Notes under the pieces: model-generated
What the model saw: the letters and a program-made list of their open reading frames with translations, nothing else
Told to the model about the DNA's origin: nothing
Databases searched by the model: none
Made by a program: the position numbers and the translations under genes
Assembly (NCBI RefSeq): GCF_041146345.1
Contig: NW_027191413.1
Span: 2,108,001-2,172,000, forward strand
Length of the DNA stretch: 64,000 bases
DNA from: Neodothiora populina
Taxonomy: Eukaryota
Reading direction: 5' to 3'
Part shown: positions 35,501 through 47,842 of the stretch, piece after piece
How the letters are laid out: the number at the start of each line of letters is the position of its first letter
Position numbering within the stretch: position 1 is the stretch's first letter

Positions 35501-37343
35501 CTAGCGGGTCTCTAGGGACATAACCCTCAACCCTGGCTCAACGGAAGACGCATCAGCAGTATCAGTAGCGAGCACCGCCCCAGTCATCTCAACCGGCTCA
35601 TCGCCAGACGTCTCACCCACACCAGCACCATCAGCATATGTCTGCTGCGTCCCCGCAACAGATGAAGGCCGACTCTGAATCCTAACCCACCTCCTCAACC
35701 AACTAGTCAACCTTCCACCATCCGTCAACGGCCTCTGAATAGCAATCTGAATCGCCTCGAGACTCTGTCCCCTAGTCTCAGGCATCGTGGCAGCAAGCAC
35801 GATAACAGTAGCGAGGCAGATGCCTCCGAACAAGAAATAAGCGCCGAAGCTCGAGTTCGCCAGAAACACAGGTGTCGTGATGGCGACGAGCCAGTTTGTG
35901 AAAAAGCCCAGTCCTTGGGCCACACAGCTTGCCGAGCTGCGCGTCACGGGCGGTTGGATCTCTGAGGCGTAGATCTTGCCCACGAGACCCCAGGTCGAAA
36001 CGTAGGCTAGGCCGAAGACGAAGACGAGAATGATGACTACCCAGCGCGCCGGGCCTGTGGCGTGCACGAGATCCGCGGCGTATAAGGTCCCGATTGTCAG
36101 CATGCAGGCTGTGAGGGTTATCCCGCCGAGGATGACGGAGGTCCGGCGCGCCACGCGGTCGGCGGTCAGTAGGGCGGGGATGGAAATCAGAAGCATGAGG
36201 ATCGCGGAGAGTCCTGAAGCTAGGAAAGACGCTGTCGTTGCGGGTAGACCGGCTTGTGCAAAGAGTGTAGGCGCATACTGATGATCATTGTCAGCAGGTG
36301 AGAAGGGAAGTTTTTTGCCCTCTAGTGAGTACTAACGTAGAGCACGCCGTCTATGCCACTGAGTTGGACCATGCCCAGCACATACAAAGCCAGAAGAGTC
36401 GACTTCCGGTATGGCTTTCTGAAGATCATAAGTAGTCCCTCGATAGGACCCGGACGACGGATCGATAATTGCTGCCCGGCAGCAGGACCCAAAAGATCCT
36501 TCTCAGCTTCGACAGCGCTGAAGTCGAGACGCTTGAGCTCGCGAGTTGCTTTGTCTCGCTGTCCATGGTACAGAAGCCAGCGCGGCGATTGTGGTAGAAC
36601 AAATCGGCTCGTGGCTAGAACTGCTGCGAACACCGCTTGAATGATGTATGGTGTCTTCCAAGACATGTCAGATTGGATCTGCACTGTGCCATAACAGGTA
36701 CTTCTCTTCGCATTAGTGGCGTTGGGAGCTAGAAAATGCAAATTGTCAAATGACTCACAAGTATCCAGCACAGATTCCAGCACAAGCCATCAATTGCGGC
36801 ATTGAGACAAGCATGCCTCTACGAGCAGATGGTGCGATTTCGGTGACATAACTGGGCGAGGAAGTTCAGCATAGTCACACAATCAAATTCCGATAAATCA
36901 CATACACTGATACACATGAGAGCCAAAGGCCCTCCCCCAATCCACCAAGACCGCGACCGACAAGGAACATGGCGATGTGAGATGCGAGGCCCTCCATGAT
37001 GACTCCCATCATGAATACGAGAGCTCCAAATGACACGATAGAGAGCCGACCAAATCGATCCGCCAGTTGCCCAGCGAAGAAAGATGGTACAGCGCCAGCG
37101 AGCATGATGAAGGAAACAGTGAAACCTCTGTGGAAAGGTGATAGTTTCCCAAATGTCGCCTCGAAGTACGGCATTTCGGTCACAGCCCCGATGGAGCCGG
37201 TGTCGTAGCTAAACATGTCATTCAGCAATGGACATGGTATACGTATGGACTTTTTGGATTACGAACCCGTTGAGAAAACCTCCTAGGGATACTAGGAATG
37301 TCGCAAGCACATATCCGGGAGGTTTTCGGAGTACTCTTAACAT
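35501..37343 (-). CDS. MFS sugar-porter family transporter, multi-exon
   Basis: GGFLNG|YDTGSIG, LADRFGR, ITEIAPSARRG, PQSPRWL, QLSGIDGVLY, YASEIQP and PETRGQSLE motifs. Confidence 0.9.
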
Positions 37344-37919
37344 GATGGTGTTCTAGTATAGGCAATAGGGTGAAATGTAGGAGATGGACGGACAATGGAG
37401 TTTGGTAGGGGGTTTCGGGCTTACCATAGCACAGTTTAAATATGCAGATGCTCTCCTCGCCATGAGCTCATGGTAGGCCTAAGCATTATCCTACTGGTAC
37501 GATATGATCGAAGGATCTGTGGAAGATGTTTGAATCGAGTCCAGATATCTTAGCGTTGCTTGTTCGATATACTGTAAGGTACTTACTGCAAGATCTCTTA
37601 TGCCCCGCGTACCCCCACGAATCAAGTTCCCCATTTCTCAGCCGTTCGATACCTTGTTCATTGGAGGGGCACTCGGATTTCCTGCCTTCGCTACACCTGC
37701 TCTAACGGCAGATTTGGCATTTATCTGAGCTATCATCCCCAGCACCCTTGCATGCTTCTCTCGATGCCGACATCCACCTCTCAAACGTATAGCGGTCAGG
37801 GGGTGGCACACGTTGCTATCATGTTTTGAGCATCATGTTGATACGGCAGATTCCATTATCGTTTATCTTGAAACCCGATTGATGGGAAGTGATGGAGGCA
37901 TACCTTTATCTTGGCGAAA

Positions 37920-38766
37920 TCATCGTTGCTTTCGAGAAGATGGCGTATACCCAGTCCCGTGGATTCGATCAAGAAAGCCTAGTGTGCCAAAGTTGACTGT
38001 GTTCATCTCGTGGTGTAAATCGTGTCTCAAGGACAGGCCAGCAAATATGTCATAACCTGCAGGATCTCAAATAAGTATGGTTTCAACTTGATGGAGAGCG
38101 CACGGATCAGTGTCTACCCGAATGAGCTACCACAGTCACGAGTGTTGCACCACTCAGGAAGATCCAGTATGTGACGATGTGCATCTTCAGCAGACGAGCA
38201 GGTATCTCGAAGGGCAGAACACTTGACATAAGATATTCCAGAGGGTGTGCGTATTGAGCTGCGAGGGCCATCGGTGCGTTGAAGTGATGATGCTGCTTGT
38301 GGAAAAGCATGTACCATTGCGGCCGGTGCAACAGTCTATGAACGTAATAGAAAATCAACTCGCATCCCAGGATGGCAGTAGCACATGACAGCACTATCTC
38401 TGTCGTTGAAGGCAGCACTACACCCAAGCGATATGAGGGTACTCGAAATGAAGCTAGAATGGCTAGCTTGACGACATCGATGAGAGAGGACATGAACTGA
38501 TTGCGAACTACGACGTATCCACACATGCGCACATCATCGATGGACAGACGCTGCGAACGAGGCTGGATTCTGTGGCGACTGAAAAATGATGGTGCCATGT
38601 TGCTGAAGCAGATCAGAGCAAACGAAGGCATCCAGAAGGCCACAAGCTGAACACACACTGTGCCACAGATCTCAATCATCCAGGATGGCCTGTCAGTCGA
38701 AATTGCACTCCAAAGCGCTTGATTATAGCTGCAGCCCATGGTATTATTCATCATGTATATCACCAT
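37920..38766 (-). CDS. Fatty-acid hydroxylase/sterol desaturase superfamily protein (FAXDC2/ERG25-like); one intron near the 3' end; start uncertain
   Basis: FYYVHRLLH, HKQHH and AQYAHPLE, then after the intron HSG|YD...HDLHHE...NFGTLGFLDRIHGT...*. Confidence 0.8.
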
Positions 38767-39418
38767 AACAAGAAGAAGGCATTGCTCCTGATGCGCTTGA
38801 ACTATATCAGTATGTGCGCATAGCGAACCTGCCTCCTGTATTTTGCAATTTGCGTCATGCAAGATCACTGGGACGTCGTTACCGGATAAGGTACTACCCT
38901 AACAAACGTGCATGTGGGAACACATGTGACAAGGGCTGAGCGTTGAAGCTCGCACATTCTTCCGCTATCTTGAATAGTGCATGCTGCAAGTTTCATCTAC
39001 CCTCTGCTGATGCTAGCTTGGAAGATAGAACTGCTATCTGACCTACAACATGTCAACCAAGAGCTAGACGAAAGTAGAACAACCACTTCTCAACATTGGT
39101 AAAATTCTGCAGCTATGGTGTTATTTATGACCAGCTTGTCTATGACAGCCTCCGGGTGATCAAATAGCAAAGAGGACAATTGAGTCGCGAATGGAACATA
39201 ACCCCAATGTTCCAGCTGCAATATTCATGACTTTACAGTCAGCCCCAGGCGTGAGTCGCAGGTAGCAGATATTGAGAGCCTGGCTAGATGACAAGCGTTG
39301 CTCGAGCCCCTCACTCATAGCGGTCAGTTCTTCGATTTGTACGCTCGCGTTGAAAATCTGATGGTCGCGTAGAAAGTGATGTGTATTGGTGGCCTAAACT
39401 ATGATGAGGATCTGGAGT

Positions 39419-39802
39419 TCATCCATCAATCCGAATAAGACCATCTGCGATCAACTTAGATTTTATTTCGTTGACCCATTCGCCACAACGACGGAGAGGC
39501 TTTGAGGCGTCTATCGGCTTGCCGCTTAATGTCAATTGGCGACCTGGAGGATGGTTGTCTCGGCAGACAGTCTCGAATTGCTCCATGTCTTCTTTCTCTA
39601 CTCGGCCGGCGAGGTGCTTAGATCTTGCTATGAATTCGACAGATGTTGCAGGATCATAGGCTGATTTTTCGAACACCATGCCTGTGAGGATGTTGCCGAC
39701 TACATGAAGACGTGTGCCGGTCCCATTCGATCCCGTCTCGACGAATAGAGCGATGTGGTTGGAAGTGCCGAGAGTCTCTACAGTATAAACTGGGTAAGAC
39801 AT
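39419..39802 (-). CDS. Small conserved-looking fungal protein (127 aa), DUF6540-like / permuted papain-like
   Basis: ATG-to-stop single exon with NHIALFVE, LHVVGNI..GM.FE, PPG.Q and RRCGEWV...L...G pattern. Confidence 0.7.
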   Translation of the reverse strand: MSYPVYTVETLGTSNHIALFVETGSNGTGTRLHVVGNILTGMVFEKSAYDPATSVEFIARSKHLAGRVEKEDMEQFETVCRDNHPPGRQLTLSGKPIDASKPLRRCGEWVNEIKSKLIADGLIRIDG

Positions 39803-41248
39803 AGGTAGGAAGTGCTCTGCTCGAAGCTTGCGATGAGCTGATTTGCAACAGTACTAGCTGATCGTTATCTCTCTCTCGCGAGCCGATCGTGGTTTGGGCA
39901 AGCGCTGGTGAGAGGTTGATAGGATGTTAGAGTCCGCGACTACCTTGCCTAGCGCTAAGCAGAATGTAATGTTGTTGCCTGGCACGTTTGTCAAGAAAGC
40001 ACTGTATGGGTGGATGTGGGGTGTAATTGGACAGTATTCACAGGGTCAGAGAACATGAGCCTCGCCAGTTAGGGATCAGCTACCAATCATTCACACAACC
40101 TGCACTTGCTTGTCTTTTGGGTCGGGACATTCTCGTCTGTCGTAGACTGAACGAGCAAGTCTGATGCAAAACACTATAGCCAAGTCGATCCGAACAAGGA
40201 AGCGCGTCTGGTTCCGAGATCCCCAATACACCTACACTCGCACTAAAACAGAGTATCATCTCTTGACATAAGCAACATTGTGCATCTCAGCATGTGCTGT
40301 CTCATCAGAAATTGAGACAGAAAATTGTAATGACTTGATCCGTTCGAACATGATGGTGAAGTCATACGGACATGGAAATGTGCAAGCAATGTTCATCTCC
40401 TTGTGAGAAAGTGCGATCGGCGTTCAATGCACCATTTTAGCCTGCGCTGCTTGGCTTGCTGCTATCGAGGCAACACCTTCGTAGCAGGAGAATTCCATGT
40501 CATTGCAGCCACATGCGAGGTGGCTTGTCGTTGGTCAAGATAAAAATGCAAGTGTTCACATGGACCGGCGCTCTAGATATGTTAGAATTATATTGCTGCT
40601 TTCGCTTGTAGCCAACTCTTTTGGCGAGACGGGTTTGATAACCAACGCACGCAGCACAAGATCTGCAGATTGGCGCGCGAGGGGGTAACGCGATACGTCA
40701 TAAAACACCCGGTGGCACGGCTGATCTCGCATTAACCTTGAAACTCAGCAGTCCATGGGCTTTGATTCGCCCAAGGAGACGCCCATGGTCGTCAAGTGTA
40801 ATTGCGTGCAGCAAAGTACTGTACATATCTACTTTTCCCCTAAAATCAAGTTTACTTTCAACAACAAAGCAGCCGCCCCCTGCGTGTCGTTTCTTGTACT
40901 GTATCATACATTTGGCCGGTGCAGGCACTGTCTTTGTGCGGGTAGACACATGTTTTTAAAGGGTCCCGTGCCTGAGACCGGCGCGGAACCCTTCGACCTT
41001 ATCTTTAGACCTTTTGTCTACTGTACTTGTATTTGTACAGCACATCGCTCTTCAGCATTGGTGACAGGAGTCTAGATTTCTGTACACTATGGGAGAAGAC
41101 GCATAGAGGCCGTGCACATATTAGTCTTGATACTTGTATCATTTCTCTCTTCACCCAACTCTCTCCGGGATAACTCACCCCTAGACATATTACCGCCCTT
41201 ACACAAGCAGAGTCCTCTGGCTGCATAGCTGCTAGTCAAGACAGCACC

Positions 41249-44200
41249 ATGTCGGCGACAACCTCGGCTGGCTCGAGTATGCCATCTTGTGGCCATGGGT
41301 TCTTCGATATATTGGACTGCGGATCCGGAACAGCAATTGAAGAGTCAGGCCAGTCTTTTCGGCCTCTTCTTGCCTCCATTTATACAGCTGCTGCTTCGTT
41401 TGGTGGTCAATTCCTTCTCTTCATCATTCTGCGCACACGCCTGAGCAGGATCTACAGACCAAAGTCATATCTGGTGGCAGAGAGAGAACGTATCCAAGTT
41501 CCGCCTGGCGGACTCTACAAATGGATTATTCCGATGTTCACCACTTCTGATGCCACGATCATTCAAAAATGTGGCCTGGATGCTTACTTCTTCCTGCGAT
41601 ACTTGTTCATGTTACTGAAGATATTTACCCCTCTAGCTGCTCTCATCATCCCCATCTTACTGCCGATCAATGAACTCAGCGGCGATGGCACTGCACGTGG
41701 TGTTGATGTCCTAGGTTGGCAGAATGTCAGTCCCGCACACACTCATCGACTGTGGGCGCATTTGCTCCTGGCGCTTGTAGTTGTGGGATGGGTGCTGTAC
41801 GTCATATACACAGAGTTGAGAGGCTATATCCGAATCCGACAGGCCTATCTCACGTCTCCCCAACATCGACTCCGGGCTTCTGCCACGACTGTCTTGGTGA
41901 GCGGTATTCCCAAGAAGTGGTTGACCGTAGAAGCTCTTGACGGTCTATATGATGTCTTTCCGGGAGGTATCCGCAACATCTGGATAAACCGCAATTTCGA
42001 TGAGCTGGCTGAGAAAGTGAGCGAGCGTGATGACATTGCGCACTCCCTCGAGAGCGCAGAAACAAATCTCATCCGTGAATGCGTCAAGAGATATAAAAAA
42101 GATCTAGAGAAGCAGGCTAAGCTGGAAGGCCGTGGAAAGAAGACAAAGGAAGAGAAGGAGCAGGAAAGGATAGCCGCTAACGAGCAGGCGGAGAACATTG
42201 CCCAAGGCCAAGGTCAGAGTTCAGGCGATCCCCATAACATCCCTCATAATCTCCACGAAGTCGTCGAGGACATGGAAGAGCAGGCTGAAGAGCATAAAAA
42301 GCCCTCGCAACATCGCTTGAATCCCATGCTCAAGCTCGGAGAAGGCATTGGTGCCGGCTTCGGTGCAGTCGGACATGGATTTGAGAACGTGGGTCGCAAG
42401 TTGATGCAATTCCCGGGCGAAATGACCAACGACATGAATCGTGCATTTCACACTTCGGACCATACTGATGAGCTAGCCAACGACGACCCAGGCTTCGGGT
42501 CTGGATATGTGATTGACGATGACGAGCTATATCGGGTGGCTCCTAAACCAAGACCAGAGAAGAAGCAACCTGCGCCATCTGCAATAGCCATCTCTAGGAA
42601 GGAGCATGAAGATGCTGAGTCGCCTTTACCTGATTCGCCGAGATCGACTTCAAGCGGAAAACCAACCGGGTTCAGAAAGCCTACAGATGTCAACGTACTC
42701 GACAGACCGCCCCCACTTCCTTTGATGCCATTTGACAGCAACTCCAGCGACCAAGAAGAATCTCAAGTGACGTATACTGTCCCGGGCTACAAGAAAAGGT
42801 CCAAGGCCAATCGTATTAGTGCTCCAGAGAAGGCCTGGAAGTTTCTTATTCACAGAGAACCACCGCTTCCCTTCCCAAGTCCTCAACCTCACACAACCGA
42901 GGAGGACGAGTTTCCTCTTCATGACATGAGCCGAACAAAAGGCGCAGATCTGGAGGAGAATCCTGATCAAAAGCTTTCCAAGAGTAAATGGGCGAACAAG
43001 TTTGGATGGCTTGCTTTCTGGCGCAAGAGCGACGATGAAGAGGAGGAGAAAGAGTACTATCCAGACGCCTACAACGAAGATTGTGCAGAAGACCAAGTTG
43101 GCGAACCTGTCTGGAGAAAATACATGGACCCAAAGGATCGCGAGACCATCCGAGCCCCGCTGTTCAACAAGAGTTGGTTTCCTCGCCTTCCACTGGTTGG
43201 CAAGAAGTTGGACAAGATCTATCATCTCCGTAAGAAGCTTGCTAGACTGAATGCTGAAATTGAGCAAGATCAGCAGAACGTCGAGAAGTTTCCATTTATG
43301 AACTCGGCTTTCATCCAATTCAATCACCAGGTCGCTGCACACATGGCTTGTCAGTCACTCAGTCACCACATTCCTCACCACATGACACCAAGAATGGTCG
43401 AAATTTCGCCAACAGACGTTCTTTGGGACAACATGTCAATGAAGTGGTGGGAGCGCTACCTCCGCACTGGGATTTCATTCGCTCTTGCGATAGGCCTGGT
43501 CATCTTCTACGCAGTTCCCGTTGCCTTTACTGGTTTCTTATCGCAAATCAACTACATTGCACAGATAATACCTTGGCTAAGCTGGCTGACCACACTGCCG
43601 CAAGAGGCAAAGGCTATCATCACTGGTGTCCTGCCTCCAGCGATCTTGAGCATCATTCTTTCGTTGGTGCCCGTCATTTTCAGACTGCTGATGAAGCAAC
43701 GCGGCGTACCAACCGGCAGTGACAGAGAGGGCAGCGTCCAGGTTTACTACTTCGTGTTCCTCTTCATCCAGGTCTTTCTTGTCGTCACTCTCAGTTCTGG
43801 AATCACAGATTTTATCCGACAGTTGGTCGGCAATGTATCCAACATCACGACCGTGCTGGCCAGAAACCTTCCAAAGGCATCCAATTATTTCTTCTCCTAC
43901 CTGACCGTTCAAGCGCTCAGCAACAGCGCAAGTGCTTTGGTACAAGTAGCCACTCTACTTAAGTGGTTTGTCTGGGCCCCTATTGCCGACAGCACCGCAC
44001 GCGAGAAGTGGTCCAGACAAACGAGGCTCAACAACATCAAATGGGGTTCGTTCTTTCCGCCCTTCACCAATTTCGCCGTCATTGGTATCATCTTCTCTAT
44101 CATTGCGCCACTCATCATGGTGTTTAACCTGATCGTCTTTTCCCTCTATTGGTTCACGCAGCGCTACAATGTGCTATACGTCTATCAATTCACAATCGAT

Positions 44201-45250
44201 ACTGGTGGTCTGCTGTTTCCTACGGCTATCAATCAGCTCATGGTTGGCGTATACACCCTGGAACTCTGCCTCATCGGACTTTTCTTCCTGGCGAAGGACG
44301 AGAATGGCAATCTTTCTGCAGTCCCGCAGGCTGTAATAATGATTGTTATGCTTGTGTTTACCGCACTGTACCAATGGTTATTGAACGATGCCTTCCGTCC
44401 CCTATTCCGCTACCTCCCAATCACCTTAGAAGACGACGCAGTGATTAGAGATGAGGAGTTTGCACGCGCGCAAAGCCAAAAGTTCCAACGGCTCACCACC
44501 GAGGAAAGGGATGAGGATGGCGATGGCGATGACAGCTATGACTTCGACCATCAGCAGAAGCGGAAAAATTCTGACGAGGAAGAACGAGCGGCTGCCGCAG
44601 AGGAACGACAGCGCATTCGACAGTACAGGCGCAATTCTCGCTCAATGACCTCCTCAGCATCAGGCCGTGATGCCTCAGGTATCATGTCAACCAAGCCTGT
44701 AAAGTCTCGAACAGAAAATCGATGGAACAAGGTTAAGGACATTGGCCAGCAACCCGTGAAGCAACTGCTCCATGTGGGGCATATAGCCAAAGCTCCTATC
44801 GATTCGGTCTTCGCCAGTCGAGAGAACCATGGTTTCCAAGGTGGCATAAGACCAGCAGCAACAGGAGTAGATCCACAGACCACTCGTGTTGATGAAGAGT
44901 CCCAACAAGCAGTCGGCGATGTCCTGTTCGGAGGCTTCAGCGACGAGTTGGAAGACTTGACCCCGGAAGAGCGCGACGTACTCATTCGTTATTCCTTCCA
45001 ACACTCTGCACTGCGTGCCCGACGCCCAGTCATCTGGATCCCGCGTGATCATCTCGGTGTTTCCGATGACGAAATTGAGCGTTGCAAGGAGATGAGCACA
45101 GTCGAACATATTGACCCCGAGACCGAGAAAAGAGAGATGAAGACAAATATCTGGGTTAGTAACGAAGGAACCGCTCTGGACGCCAAAGGAAGGGTGGTTT
45201 TTAGGCGAAGTCCCCCTGACTTTGCCAATGTGGACCTGATCGCCCTTTAG
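41249..45250 (+). CDS. CSC1/OSCA/TMEM63 (RSN1/PHM7, DUF221) mechanosensitive cation channel
   Basis: RIYRPKSYL, GLDAYFFLRYL, AFIQFN, P.DVLWDN, LPKASNYF and DTGGLLFP motifs with multiple TM segments. 1333-aa ORF. Confidence 0.93.
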   Translation: MSATTSAGSSMPSCGHGFFDILDCGSGTAIEESGQSFRPLLASIYTAAASFGGQFLLFIILRTRLSRIYRPKSYLVAERERIQVPPGGLYKWIIPMFTTSDATIIQKCGLDAYFFLRYLFMLLKIFTPLAALIIPILLPINELSGDGTARGVDVLGWQNVSPAHTHRLWAHLLLALVVVGWVLYVIYTELRGYIRIRQAYLTSPQHRLRASATTVLVSGIPKKWLTVEALDGLYDVFPGGIRNIWINRNFDELAEKVSERDDIAHSLESAETNLIRECVKRYKKDLEKQAKLEGRGKKTKEEKEQERIAANEQAENIAQGQGQSSGDPHNIPHNLHEVVEDMEEQAEEHKKPSQHRLNPMLKLGEGIGAGFGAVGHGFENVGRKLMQFPGEMTNDMNRAFHTSDHTDELANDDPGFGSGYVIDDDELYRVAPKPRPEKKQPAPSAIAISRKEHEDAESPLPDSPRSTSSGKPTGFRKPTDVNVLDRPPPLPLMPFDSNSSDQEESQVTYTVPGYKKRSKANRISAPEKAWKFLIHREPPLPFPSPQPHTTEEDEFPLHDMSRTKGADLEENPDQKLSKSKWANKFGWLAFWRKSDDEEEEKEYYPDAYNEDCAEDQVGEPVWRKYMDPKDRETIRAPLFNKSWFPRLPLVGKKLDKIYHLRKKLARLNAEIEQDQQNVEKFPFMNSAFIQFNHQVAAHMACQSLSHHIPHHMTPRMVEISPTDVLWDNMSMKWWERYLRTGISFALAIGLVIFYAVPVAFTGFLSQINYIAQIIPWLSWLTTLPQEAKAIITGVLPPAILSIILSLVPVIFRLLMKQRGVPTGSDREGSVQVYYFVFLFIQVFLVVTLSSGITDFIRQLVGNVSNITTVLARNLPKASNYFFSYLTVQALSNSASALVQVATLLKWFVWAPIADSTAREKWSRQTRLNNIKWGSFFPPFTNFAVIGIIFSIIAPLIMVFNLIVFSLYWFTQRYNVLYVYQFTIDTGGLLFPTAINQLMVGVYTLELCLIGLFFLAKDENGNLSAVPQAVIMIVMLVFTALYQWLLNDAFRPLFRYLPITLEDDAVIRDEEFARAQSQKFQRLTTEERDEDGDGDDSYDFDHQQKRKNSDEEERAAAAEERQRIRQYRRNSRSMTSSASGRDASGIMSTKPVKSRTENRWNKVKDIGQQPVKQLLHVGHIAKAPIDSVFASRENHGFQGGIRPAATGVDPQTTRVDEESQQAVGDVLFGGFSDELEDLTPEERDVLIRYSFQHSALRARRPVIWIPRDHLGVSDDEIERCKEMSTVEHIDPETEKREMKTNIWVSNEGTALDAKGRVVFRRSPPDFANVDLIAL

Positions 45251-45758
45251 AGGCTGCTCCAAGGAGCACATACGACACTTGATGCATTTTTTCTTGCTTT
45301 ACTAGCCAACATTTATCTTTCCACACAGGGGCGAATACCCATGACATTTGGTCAGCGTTGCATGCGTGCACATGCATGACTTGGAGCGGAGCGAGTGTGT
45401 GGGGCGTTTTGGCATAGCGAATGATTTCCTTGTTTCTGCCTTTCTTCTGCTTTTAGTTTCACAAAGCGATGCATTGTAATTGTCTCTCTTTTTTTCCTGT
45501 GTTCTTCGGTTTCACAAATCATCAAGCCCAAGGACTTTCATGGAGGCCGGCTCACTTATACTAGATACCTCAAAAACCAGCAATGACTTACAATGAAATC
45601 TCGTTCTCTCTCTCATCAATCTTTTGCGCATTCGAACACTTTCCCACAGTGTGCTAGACTTTCTGCCAGCTTGATGGGCGATTGTGTTTCCCCCCATATC
45701 TATATACTAGACGCATCAGACTGCAGATAACATGTCTAATGTCTCTGAGTAGTCGTGA

Positions 45759-47842
45759 TCATTCACTGCCCCTTCTTCATCTCGAAAAATTTGCTGATGA
45801 CTTGGGCAACAGTATTAACGATCAATACCACAAAGCCGGGTGTGACGTTATACGCCGGAGCGATGAGGACATGGTCGCCTCGCTTGCCGTCCACGGTGCC
45901 TGTTCCGGGGTAAATTGAGATGTTGAAGGGAGGTTGGATCGCTTTTCTACCATCAGTCGATGCTCTGTGGTTTCTCGGTCTTGATTGCCTTGTCGAGAGA
46001 CATGGGAGGAGGGAAGGGAAGGAAAGGAAAGGAAAGGAAAGGAAAGGAAAGGGTGGAAGACGGAGAGAGGGGAGAGGGACGGGAGAAAAGGGAGAACTTG
46101 CCTAGTTGGTGGACACCCATCGCTATGCCCTCGCTTGGGTCGAAGGGTTCTTTCGTCTGCTTGTTTTTGACGAACTCGATCTGTTTTTTTCGGCGATTAG
46201 TTCGCTGACTGCATGAATTGGATGTGAACAAGAGGGACAATACGAGAAAGGAAATGCATAATCAGATGTGGGTAGGAACAGCAAAGGAAAAGGTTCGAAC
46301 TCACGCCCCAAAACAACCCAGCGCCTCTGACATCGCCGACCCCCTCGAGACCCAGCACTTTCTCCTTCAACAATTGGCCCAGTAACTCTCCCATCTCAGC
46401 GCAGTTCTGCACCAGCTTGTCTTCCTTGATGATCTTGGATACTTCCAATGCGGCAGCGCACGCGACCGGATGACCTTGATACGTCTGACCGTGCATGAAC
46501 GCGCCAGAACCTGCGCGCATCGTGGCCACGACGCGGCGGTTCACGAGCATGGCTGCTATGGGCATGTATCCGGATCCGAGGGCTTTGCCGATCGTTTGGA
46601 CGTCGGGAGTCACGCCGACCAAGGGATTCTGCCAGGCGTGCAGGTAGCCTGTTCGTCCCATTCCTGTCGAGAGGAGTCGTTAGTTCGTGAAAAGGGGCAG
46701 GTGGAGGGAGGGGTGTGAGGGCTTACCTGACATCACTTCGTCGAGGATCAAAAGGGCACCGTGTTTCTCGCACACGGCTTTCATGGCTGGGAAGTAGCCC
46801 GGTATAGGCGGTACACATCCCAGTGCCTGTATGCATATGTTCTGTCAGCTCCAATCTCTCGTCCACAAGAAAAGACCAAATCATAAAAGCGGAAAGTGAG
46901 AGATTCAATAGCACATACAGCACCAACAACCGGCTCAGCAATAAAAGCACAAACAGTCTCCGGTCCCAATCGAACAAACTCATCGTCGAGTTCCTTCGCG
47001 AGGCGTGCAACATACTCATCGGTTGACTCGCCATCACGCATATCTCTGTACGCGTTACACGGCGAGACTCTCCCTGTAGTCCGGATGAGCAGAGGTTCGA
47101 AAGCCTCGCGACGGGCAAGATGGCCCCCTGCCCCCAAAGCGCCGAGCGTAGTGCCATGGTACGATTGCAGGCGAGAGATGAACTTTGTGCGTTGAGGTTG
47201 GGCGGGTCGAATTTCAAGAAAGTATTGACGGGCTAGTTTCAATGCCGCTTCTACTGCTTCTGAACCTGCGTATGGTCATGGTGGTCAGTATTGTCAAGGA
47301 ATGTAGACTGGAATAGCAAGGTGAAGAACCACATTGGAAGTAACAGCCATCTAGTGCATATGAACATGTACAGAAACGCCAAAACACCGTACTTTCTACA
47401 TTCTGATTTACTTCCATACCCGTCTGGTCTTCCATAAAAGCAACCTTCACGATAAACAAGCAGACATCGAAACCAATAGGAAGTAAGCAGAATCTCTAGA
47501 CTTACCACTACTAACAACAAACACTCTCTCCATGACCCCTCCAGTCTCCTCAATCAGCTCACTCGCCAACTCCTCCGCAGCAGCAGTGGCAAAGAACAAA
47601 GAATGACAATACGCCACTCCCTCGTCCATTTGCTTCATCACAGCATCTCTGACGCGCGTGTTTCCATGACCCAAGCAGGTCACCGCTGCGCCTCCTGTGG
47701 CATCGAGGATGCGTTGACCGTTGGAGAGAGTCAGATAGTTGTCTTTAGCTGTAATTACGCTGTGGGGGTCGGTATGCAGACTTCGATGTAGGATTGAGGA
47801 GGTCGTGGTCGCCGGTTGTGTTGATGTTGATGGGAGAGCCAT
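45759..47842 (-). CDS. Class III PLP-dependent aminotransferase (omega-amino acid/DAPA-like), ~6 exons including one GC-AG intron
   Basis: LDATGGAAV, SGSEAVEAALK, SYHGTT, FIAEPVVGA, LILDEVM.GMGRTG, PDVQTIGKALG and HGQTYQGHP motifs. Last exon ISIYPGTGTVDGKRGDHVLIAP ends TGA at 45759. Confidence 0.92.
46021..46050 (+). repeat. (GGAAA)6 microsatellite inside the GC-AG intron (pyrimidine tract on the coding strand)
   Basis: Six perfect GGAAA units within a longer purine-rich tract. Confidence 0.9.
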
